Origin: an uncultured Prevotella sp.
GTDB taxonomy: Bacteria; Bacteroidota; Bacteroidia; Bacteroidales; Bacteroidaceae
NCBI GenBank assembly: GCA_900319905.1
Contig: ONQB01000001.1
Span: forward strand, 82,343 to 146,342
Direction: 5' to 3'
DNA length: 64,000 nt
Shown in pieces: positions 19,901-28,725 of this stretch. Below the pieces are notes generated by a model, which did no database searches, was not told the DNA's origin, and saw only the letters and a list, made by a program, of their open reading frames with translations. A program made the translations under genes and the position numbers. Position 1 is the first letter of the stretch, and every line of letters starts with the position of its first letter.

Positions 19901-20220
19901 TCGAGGGAGACATTACGGAAATACCTCGTGCCCTCTATCAGAGTGGATACAACTGGCTGGGCTCCGACCGCTTTATAGAAAACGGTTCGTTTATCCGCCT
20001 CAACTATGCACAGTTGTCTTACTCGATGCCATCAAAGATGGCTATGTCGCTGGGTCTGCGCCGGCTATCTTTCTATGTCTCAGCCAACAACCTTTTCTGC
20101 CTTACCAAATATTCGGGAGCTGACCCGGAGGTGGGCTATGGCGGTTACGGTCTTGTCTATGACTCCGCGCAAACACCACGGTCCAAATCATTCACGGGAG
20201 GCATTACCATCGGATTCTAA
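16918..20220 (+). CDS. susC: SusC/RagA TonB-dependent transporter 1
   Basis: [51 protein letters not shown], C-terminal Phe. Confidence 0.95.
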   Translation: [1100 protein letters not shown]

Positions 20221-20239
20221 TTTCTTAACGATTGAACAA

Positions 20240-21922
20240 ATGAAACATATAAAGTTACGCACAATACTGGCAGCCACTGCCTCGCTCATTCTTTTGGGCA
20301 GCTGCAGCGACTACCTCGACATCCTGCCCACCAATGATGTGGTGCTCGACAACTTTTGGAAGGAGAAGGCCGATGTCTCGAGCGTGCTCAATGGTTGCTA
20401 TGAATCGCTCGAACAAAGTGATTGTCTCAACCGTTTCGCCATTTGGGGAGAATTGCGGTCGGACAATATCATTGCTGGTAATTCTACAGGATTTGAGTTG
20501 AGTGAGATACTCAAGGAGAACATCCTGCCCACCAATTCCTATTGCACTTGGCAGCCTGTCTACCGCACCATCAACCGTTGCAACACCGTGATTCACTACG
20601 CTCCACATGTGCATCAGGTAGATCCTAACTACACGATGACAGAGATGAACGCCAACATCGCCGAAGCTTCGGCATTGCGCGACCTCTGCTACTTCTACCT
20701 CATTCGAACCTTCCGTGATGTGCCGTACTCCACACAGCCAAGCGTTGACGATACCGAGGACTACATCCTGCCCGCAACACCGTTCAGCCAAGTGCTCGAC
20801 TCGCTCATCACCGACCTCGAAAATGTAAAGGACTATGCCGTACGCCGTTACTATCTGGAGGAGAACGAGCTGGCCTATTACAACTCGAGCCGTATCACCC
20901 GCTGGGCCATTTATGCCATGCTTGCCGATATGTATCTGTGGAAGGGAGACTATGACAACTGCATTAAGTACTGTGACTACATCATTGACTACAAGAAGCA
21001 GCAATATAAGGATCTCTACGACCGCAATGTTGATGTAACTGACATCAAACTGTTCAATGGCGTTCCACTCATCGTTGAGCAACTCGACGGCAATAATACT
21101 TGTGGACACGCCTACAACGAAATCTTCGGCAAGGGCAACTCATTTGAGAGTATCTTCGAACTCTATTTCCGTGATAACCAAAGCGTCACCAACAGCTATG
21201 TGAGCAACTATTATGGCGATCGCTCTAACGATCTCAGACAGTTCTCTGCTCCCGACTTCCTTTATAAGAATACCTCGGCCGGTACCAACGACATCTTCAA
21301 GAAGCGTGACTGCCGTGCCTACGAGGATATCAAGTTGTCGTCGTCAAAGTATGCTATCTGCAAATATGCTCGCCAGAGCGTTTCGTTCCGCAACGAGAAC
21401 CTTTCCACCGACCAAGACCTGCGTCTGAGCGATGCGCGGCGGTCGAACAATTACGCCAATTGGATCATCTACCGTCTCACCGATGTGATGCTCATGAAGG
21501 CTGAGGCTGAGGTGATGAAGGGCGATCAGTTCTTTAAGGATGCGTTCTCGCTTGTCAACGCAGTTAACAAACGTGCTGTCAACGTCACTACCACAGCCGT
21601 GAAGGATACGCTGGTCTATGCCGACTATGCCTCCTCGCAGCGCAGCATGGAGGACCTCGTTTTCCAAGAGCGTCATCGCGAGACACTCTTTGAGGGCAAG
21701 CGCTGGTTCGATCTCGTGCGCTTGGCTCGCCGTGATGGCAACAATAACAGGCTTATCAGCCTCGTGTCCAACAAATACGAGGACAATGTCAATGCCATCA
21801 AGATTAAGCTGGCCGATCCTAACATTCTTTACTTTCCCTATTCACGCAACGAGCTCAAGGTGAACCCGAAGCTGGTGCAAAATCCAGCCTACAGCAACTC
21901 AGAGCAAACGAAAACCAACTAA
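20240..21922 (+). CDS. susD: SusD/RagB lipoprotein 1
   Basis: True start MKHIK at 20240; lipobox LGSC; YRLTDVMLMKAEA, ERHRETLFEGKRWFDLVR, QNPAY. Confidence 0.92.
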   Translation: MKHIKLRTILAATASLILLGSCSDYLDILPTNDVVLDNFWKEKADVSSVLNGCYESLEQSDCLNRFAIWGELRSDNIIAGNSTGFELSEILKENILPTNSYCTWQPVYRTINRCNTVIHYAPHVHQVDPNYTMTEMNANIAEASALRDLCYFYLIRTFRDVPYSTQPSVDDTEDYILPATPFSQVLDSLITDLENVKDYAVRRYYLEENELAYYNSSRITRWAIYAMLADMYLWKGDYDNCIKYCDYIIDYKKQQYKDLYDRNVDVTDIKLFNGVPLIVEQLDGNNTCGHAYNEIFGKGNSFESIFELYFRDNQSVTNSYVSNYYGDRSNDLRQFSAPDFLYKNTSAGTNDIFKKRDCRAYEDIKLSSSKYAICKYARQSVSFRNENLSTDQDLRLSDARRSNNYANWIIYRLTDVMLMKAEAEVMKGDQFFKDAFSLVNAVNKRAVNVTTTAVKDTLVYADYASSQRSMEDLVFQERHRETLFEGKRWFDLVRLARRDGNNNRLISLVSNKYEDNVNAIKIKLADPNILYFPYSRNELKVNPKLVQNPAYSNSEQTKTN

Positions 21923-21952
21923 TATCATCTCAACTCCCTATTAGATAAAACT

Positions 21953-23899
21953 ATGAAACAACTCTTTCATCATAGCCTGAGTGCCCATGCCATCGGGTTG
22001 ACTACCTTGCTGTTGGTGGCCCTGACGACTATCTTCGGCTCATGCAGCGACGATGACAATGCAACGCAGCTCAACTTCTATTCGTCGGTTCGTCTCACGG
22101 CCTCCGACTTCATGGCCTCACAGCCTGACCGTTATAGCGAGTTCGTCGATATCCTGCAGCGGGCCAATTACTTCTCTCTCCTCGAGACCTATGGCACTTA
22201 CACCGTGTTTGCACCCACCAATGATGCAGTCAATGACTATCTTCACCAACATGGATATGCATCGGTGAACGATATTCCAGCCGCGGAATGCGACACGCTG
22301 GCACGAACGCATATCGTAAGTAAAGGTGCTTACTTTACGTCAGACATCAGCGACGGTGCCCTGCCGGAGATGAACATGTGCGACAGGTATATCACTATAT
22401 CGTCCGACTCAGACGTCAACAACAACAATGCCCTCTTGCTCTATGTCAACAAGAAAGCACGCATCATACAGAAAGATGACTCGGTGACCAATGGCGTGGT
22501 ACAAACCATCAACTCGGTGCTTACCGCCAGCAATCTCTTCCTCCCTGACCTGATCGAGGCAGACTCAACGACACAAATCTTTGCACAGGCCCTGAGACTC
22601 ACCGGCATGGCAGATTCGCTCGGTAAATACATTGACGAGAGTTATTCAGTTGGCGAGGACTCCGTCACCGATGGTGTACGTGTCTTCTATGGCGGCTATT
22701 GGCAGTATTGTCACTTCCCGGAGCATCGTTACTTCAAATACACGGCCTTTGTGGAGCCGGACAAGGTGTTCCACGAGGCAGGCATCAACAATCTCGATGA
22801 CCTCAAGGCCTATGCCAAGAGCGTCTACGATGCAACCTACCCCGAGGATGCGGGACTGTATGACAATGACTGGACCAACCGCAAAAATCCGCTCAACCGC
22901 TTCATCAGTTACCATCTTATCAACCGTTTGGGCAACTATAGTGACTGGTGCTCGAGCGGTGAAATTAAAACCCAGTGCTGCATCACCAGTGTGGCCGACC
23001 CCGAAGACTTCTATGAGACAATGTGTCCGGGTACCATCATGCGTTTCTGCTCGCCATCAGCCGGTCTGTTCATCAATCGGAAGGGATTGCAGAACAAAGC
23101 CACCATACGTGGCGTGAAAGTGCTGTCGCCTTCTGAATCGGGCGTTACTGATCAAAGCGCATTGAACGGAGTATACCATTATATAGACCGTCCGTTGGTC
23201 TATTCAACCGAGGTGCGCGACAATGTGCTCAACTGCCGCATACGTGTCGATGGCACTACGATGAGTCCCGATTTCATGAATGCCGGGGCAAGAGGCCACT
23301 TCGGCGAAGACTACCTCACAGGCTTCAAAAACGACTTCATACAAGACTGGAAGCTCTCACCTGAGACTTTTATCGGTGTGCACAGCAATGAGCTCCATTG
23401 GCACTCTTACGAGGGTAATGCCGTCTGCATCACAGGTATCTATGACGTGACCATGAAATTGCCGCCGGTACCCAGCGGAACCTATGAGATACGTCTTGGT
23501 TATACCGTCGGTGTAGAAAGAGGTGTGGTGCAGGTCTATCTGAACAATGAGCCGTGCGGCATACCTATTGACCTGCGTGAGTATGGCCCAAGCAACAACA
23601 TCGGATGGGTGGCCGATACCGACGACCCCGACGAGAACAATGCTAACGACAAGGCCATGCACAATCGTGGCTACATGAAGGGTATGGATTCTTATCGGTC
23701 GGTCAACGGCAATCCGTTCAGAGGAAATGTGGAAAACCTGCGACGTATACTCACCACTGTCTATCTGGACAACAAGCAGACTTATTACCTGCGCTTCCGT
23801 CAGGTGCTCGATGACCCCAACTGCTATCTGTCGTTTGACTATATTGAGCTCTGTCCAAAGAGCGTCTATGACAGTCCGTCGGGCGAAGACACCCATTGA
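21953..23899 (+). CDS. Fasciclin domain surface lipoprotein B
   Basis: Lipobox FGSC + SDDD; YTVFAPTNDA, VTNGVVQTINSVL, YTAFVEPD, NGVYHYID; C-terminal beta-sandwich. Confidence 0.8.
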   Translation: MKQLFHHSLSAHAIGLTTLLLVALTTIFGSCSDDDNATQLNFYSSVRLTASDFMASQPDRYSEFVDILQRANYFSLLETYGTYTVFAPTNDAVNDYLHQHGYASVNDIPAAECDTLARTHIVSKGAYFTSDISDGALPEMNMCDRYITISSDSDVNNNNALLLYVNKKARIIQKDDSVTNGVVQTINSVLTASNLFLPDLIEADSTTQIFAQALRLTGMADSLGKYIDESYSVGEDSVTDGVRVFYGGYWQYCHFPEHRYFKYTAFVEPDKVFHEAGINNLDDLKAYAKSVYDATYPEDAGLYDNDWTNRKNPLNRFISYHLINRLGNYSDWCSSGEIKTQCCITSVADPEDFYETMCPGTIMRFCSPSAGLFINRKGLQNKATIRGVKVLSPSESGVTDQSALNGVYHYIDRPLVYSTEVRDNVLNCRIRVDGTTMSPDFMNAGARGHFGEDYLTGFKNDFIQDWKLSPETFIGVHSNELHWHSYEGNAVCITGIYDVTMKLPPVPSGTYEIRLGYTVGVERGVVQVYLNNEPCGIPIDLREYGPSNNIGWVADTDDPDENNANDKAMHNRGYMKGMDSYRSVNGNPFRGNVENLRRILTTVYLDNKQTYYLRFRQVLDDPNCYLSFDYIELCPKSVYDSPSGEDTH

Positions 23900-23966
23900 T
23901 GGGATGGCTGATGACAATCCCACAGAAGACATAAAGGCATCTACAACATTGAAATTCTAAAACACT

Positions 23967-25547
23967 ATGAGATATCTAACCCAATTCATCGCAGCGGCCC
24001 TTATCACTTTGCTCGTGGCGGGCTGCTCCGACTGGGACGATCACTACAACATCGCCGATAAGAACACCTCTGCGACGCTATGGCAAGTGATGCAGGCTGA
24101 TCCACAGCTCACCGACTTCTGCCAGGTAATGAAGGGAACACAGGTTTTCCGCCATCACAAACGTACGGGTGTCAGTTATGCCCAATTGCTCGACAATGGT
24201 CAGGCCTATACCGTGTTTGCCCCGGTCAACGGTACCTTTAATAAGGACTCGCTTCTTGATTTGGCCAGCACTGACCAGGGCGACTCCCTTGTCGTGGAGT
24301 TCTTCGTCAAGAACCACCTTGCACAGTTGACGGTAGCCTTATCGGCAACACCTCAAGAGACGCGGCTGCTCAACGATAAACGCCTTGTGGTGACTGACAG
24401 CCAGGCCGGAACAATAGCCTTGACTAATACCAATATCCATGCCAGAAATGGCGTGCTGCATGTGGTGGCTGCACCCTTGCCTTATCAGTACAACATCTAT
24501 GAGGCCTTGCGCAATATTGCCGGCTTCGCGCCTATCGGAAACTTCCTCCACAAGTATGACGAAGACTACTTTGATGAGGATGCCTCGTTATCGAGCGGAA
24601 CCGTTGATGGCGTGCCCGTTTATGTTGACTCCGTCATTGTAGAGCGCAACCGTTTGCTGCAGCGCATTGGATATATCAATCGCGAGGACTCCACCTATTG
24701 GATGATTGCTCCCACACGGGCATCCTATGAGGAGGCTTTGGCTGAAGCCCGCGCTCACTTCCGCTACGACAACAGCGTCAGCCATGGCGACTCCATACAA
24801 GATTACTGGGCTAATCGTGGTCTTATCGACGACGCTATCTTCAATGTTACCCTTCAGAATTCACCCGTCGACTCGCTTATCTCTGTCCAGTACAATATCT
24901 CCAATCCGAAGTACCATGTCTTCTATGACCCGCAGAATTCCATTCTGAAGGGCACACAGGCCTTGAAGTGCAGCAACGGCATCATCTACATGGCTGAAAC
25001 ATGGCCTTTCAAGCCTGAGCAGACCTACTTCACGGAATGCTATGCCGAAGGCGAATGGACGGGCAATATTACTGACTATTCGCGCTGCAACTACAACAGT
25101 CGTACGTTCACGGCCGACAGCGTCCACGGCTCTGGCTATTTGGACATCGTGCCTGCTACATCAACGAGTAACTGGAAACTTACCGTCAAGATTGACAATA
25201 CGCTGGCCGGCTATTATGATGTCTGCGCTGTGGTAGCGCCCAAGTCTGTCTACAATTCGGTTAATCCTGATTTGCGTCCTTGCAAGTTCAAGTATACCAT
25301 CAACTATATCGACACTCTTGGACACGCACAGACCTATACCAACCGCAAGACGCTCACCAGCGACCCATTGCGAGTGGATACCGTCGTATTGGCTGAAGAC
25401 TTCTATTTCCCCGCCTGCAACTTTGACCAGACGAATAACAAGATAAGCGTCACCCTGCAGTGCAATATTCTGGCAAGGGAGACCTCTAAGTACAACCGTG
25501 AGATGTATCTAGACTGCATCTATCTCCGTCCAAGAACCCATAAATAA
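23967..25547 (+). CDS. Fasciclin domain surface lipoprotein C
   Basis: Lipobox VAGC + SDWDD; YTVFAPVN, ARNGVLHVV, CSNGIIY. Confidence 0.8.
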   Translation: MRYLTQFIAAALITLLVAGCSDWDDHYNIADKNTSATLWQVMQADPQLTDFCQVMKGTQVFRHHKRTGVSYAQLLDNGQAYTVFAPVNGTFNKDSLLDLASTDQGDSLVVEFFVKNHLAQLTVALSATPQETRLLNDKRLVVTDSQAGTIALTNTNIHARNGVLHVVAAPLPYQYNIYEALRNIAGFAPIGNFLHKYDEDYFDEDASLSSGTVDGVPVYVDSVIVERNRLLQRIGYINREDSTYWMIAPTRASYEEALAEARAHFRYDNSVSHGDSIQDYWANRGLIDDAIFNVTLQNSPVDSLISVQYNISNPKYHVFYDPQNSILKGTQALKCSNGIIYMAETWPFKPEQTYFTECYAEGEWTGNITDYSRCNYNSRTFTADSVHGSGYLDIVPATSTSNWKLTVKIDNTLAGYYDVCAVVAPKSVYNSVNPDLRPCKFKYTINYIDTLGHAQTYTNRKTLTSDPLRVDTVVLAEDFYFPACNFDQTNNKISVTLQCNILARETSKYNREMYLDCIYLRPRTHK

Positions 25548-25554
25548 GACGAAC

Positions 25555-28500
25555 ATGAAAAAACAGATCATAACAACAGTCTTCGCCTTTGCTGCCTCTG
25601 CAGCCTTTGCTCAGACGGGATACAAAACGATCAGCGGCACCGTGACCGAAGCGGCCCGCCATATCGGACTTCCTGGTGTGATGGTAACAGCTTATGGCGA
25701 CAACAAATATTCGGCCATGACCGACAGTCTCGGCCGTTACACGCTGAAGGTGCCTGCATGGGTGACTTCGGTGACGATGCGCGTGGAAGGCTATAACCTG
25801 GTTCAGGTGCCTGTAGGCCGCGCTACCCATCCCGTCAACGCATCGCTCTATCCGTCAGTGTTCCAACAGCAGTATGACAAGCTGACAACGGCCGCCACAG
25901 AGGCAAGCTCATCGGCCTTCGACAATACATCGTATGAGAGCATCGACCCCCTTATTGCACAGAACATGGGAAGCACCGTGAGATGTGTCTCAAAGGGTGG
26001 CAATGTGGGTGTTGGCAACGTGATGTTCATCGACGGTCTCAACTCGCTCAACACGTCGGCCCAACCGCTTATTGTCGTCGATGGTGTCATTATGGATATG
26101 CAGTACGACCGTGAGATGCTCCACAGTGGCTATTACAACAACATACTTGCCAATATCAATGTGAACGACATTGAGAAGGTCACCGTACTGAGAAATGCCA
26201 CTGCCATTTATGGAGCCAAGGGTGCCAATGGCGTTATTCTCATCAAGACAAAGCAAAACAAAAGCATGGCTACGAAGATTGACCTTACCATCAATGGCCG
26301 TTTCGAGCGCATACCTAAGTTGCCGGAAATGATGGGCGCTGACGATTACCGTGTCTATGCCACAGAACTGCTGAGTGACCAGACGACAAACGTGTCGTCA
26401 TTGGGCTTCGCCACTCCCGACCCAAGCTATTACTATTATAAGAAGTTCCACAACAATACGGATTGGAAGGACCTTGTCTACCGCAACAGCTTTTCTTCCA
26501 ACTATGGCATTAATGTGCAGGGAGGTGATGACGTGGCCAACTACAACCTGTCAGTCGGCTACTCCTATGCTAACAGCACACTGAAGAAGAACGATTTCTC
26601 TCGCTTCAACATGCGCCTGAGTTCAGACATCTCGGTAATCAGAAGTTTGAACGTTCATTTCGATGCCAGCTACAGTGACATTAACCGAAGCCTCTTCGAT
26701 GATGGCATGCCTGACAATGTCAATGGTGGTACCATTACGTCGCCCGGCGTATTGGGACTCGTCAAGGCTCCTTTTCTCTCACCTTATTCTTATGACATCA
26801 ACGGCAATCTGAGCAGCTATCTCAGTGAGGCCGATGACTATCTGAAAGATGTCTATGGCTCTGACGAGTCGTTGGCCAATCCGGGGAGTATTCTCCAACA
26901 TGGTGATGGACGCAACCGCAACCATTTCGGCAATCGCCTCATCACCATGGCCATGACACCGCGCTACAATGTCAACAAACATCTGACCCTCTCTAATCAG
27001 CTCAGCTTTATGCTGGTCAATACTGATGAGAACTACTATCTGCCGCTCACCGGTGTGCCGCGCTTCAAGGCTGCCGACATGAATGTCTACGTCAACAATA
27101 TAGCACAGTCGTTGTCAGGCAAGGATGTGTCGTTCCAAAACGATTTCCGTGTCAATTGGGACAAGCGCTATGGCATGCACCATGTCAAGGTCCTTGGTGG
27201 TCTGCGCTATCTCTCACAGAGCTACACCCTCAATCTTCAGAGGGGCTACAACTCGAGCAATGACAAGACGCCGAATATGTCGGGGTCGCTGGCATACAAG
27301 ACGACAAAGGGCGCCGACGACAAGAGCCGTGACTTTACAGCCTATCTGCTGTCGGATTACAACATTGCTGAGAAGTATTATTTCACTGTAGGCATCAGCG
27401 GTCAGGCGTCCTCACGCTTTGGCGATGACAGCAAGGGCCTGAGCCTGTTTGGTGTCAAGTGGGGTGTCTTCCCAAGCGTGCAGGCTGGATGGGTGCTGAC
27501 CAACGAACGCTGGATGGCCGCCGTCAAGCCCATCAACTATCTGCGGTTCAATGTCGGTTTTGATATAACAGGCAACGACAATATCGATTACCTGGCCTCG
27601 CGCACCTATTCTGCCTCCCACCGTATGTTGGGCGGCAATGTGACAGGTCTCTCGCTCCGCAACATCAGCAACACCTCGCTGACTTGGGAGCAAACGAGTC
27701 GTTTCACGGCAGGCTTTGAAACCAATCTGTTCAACAACATCGTCAATCTGAAGTTTGACGTCTTCTCTTCGAAGACCACCGACCTTCTTATGCTCCATCA
27801 GCTGGCCTACACCAGTGGCCTGCGGCAGATGTGGGGCAACGATGGTAGTCTGAAGAACAAAGGCTTCGATCTGTCCGTAAATATGAAGTTGCTCAATCTG
27901 AAAGATTGGCAATGGGAGCTGGGTGGCTCCATGGGCCACTACAAGAATGAAATGACCAAGCTGCCTGACGGCAACAAGGCACAGGAGCACACCATCTATG
28001 GTGCTGACGTGCTTACCGCTGTTGGTGGTCCTGTGGCACAGTTCTATGGTTACCGTACAGCTGGCGTGTTCAGCACCCAGGCTGAAGCCGATGCTGCTGG
28101 TCTTTACCTCATCGACGACAACGGCAACCGACAGTACTTCAAGGCTGGCGACATGCGCTTTGTTGACCAGAATGGTGACCATCTTATCGATGCGCGTGAC
28201 AAGGTCGTGATCGGTGATCCCAATCCCGATATTTATGGCAACATCAATACCTCGCTGACCTGGCGCCACTGGAACCTCGACATCGTGTTCAACTACGTCT
28301 TGGGCAATGATGTCTTCAACTACCAGCGGTCTGTCCTGGAGGGCGGCAACGATTTCATCAATCAGACTACTGCCATGCTCGGTCGCTGGAATGCCGAAGG
28401 ACAACAGACACAGGTACCCCGCATCGAGTATAACGATCCCATGGGCAACAGCCGTTTCAGTGACCGATGGATAGAAGACGGCAGCTACCTGCGCCTCAAG

Positions 28501-28713
28501 GCCTTGACACTGAGCTATCAGATGCCCTTGAACCTGATGTTCCTTAGGGGCTTTACCATCTGGGGCTCAATCTACAACCTCTTCACCCTGACCCACTATC
28601 TTGGCGACGATCCCGACTGCAGCCTCAGCGGAAGTGTTCTTTCGCAAGGCATCGACAGAGGACTGCTCGGCAACGGACGCTCATTCAGTTTAGGTCTAAA
28701 ACTCAACCTCTAA
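25555..28713 (+). CDS. susC: SusC/RagA TonB-dependent transporter 2
   Basis: [66 protein letters not shown]. Confidence 0.95.
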   Translation: [1052 protein letters not shown]

Positions 28714-28725
28714 ATCACAACAAAT

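Noticed and set aside
20006-20239. N-terminal extension of SusD1 in the ORF track
   Set aside because: It overlaps the SusC1 end; the lipoprotein signal begins at ATG 20240. Similar over-extended starts were trimmed for GH30, GH10, folP, radC, DUF59 and ComEA.
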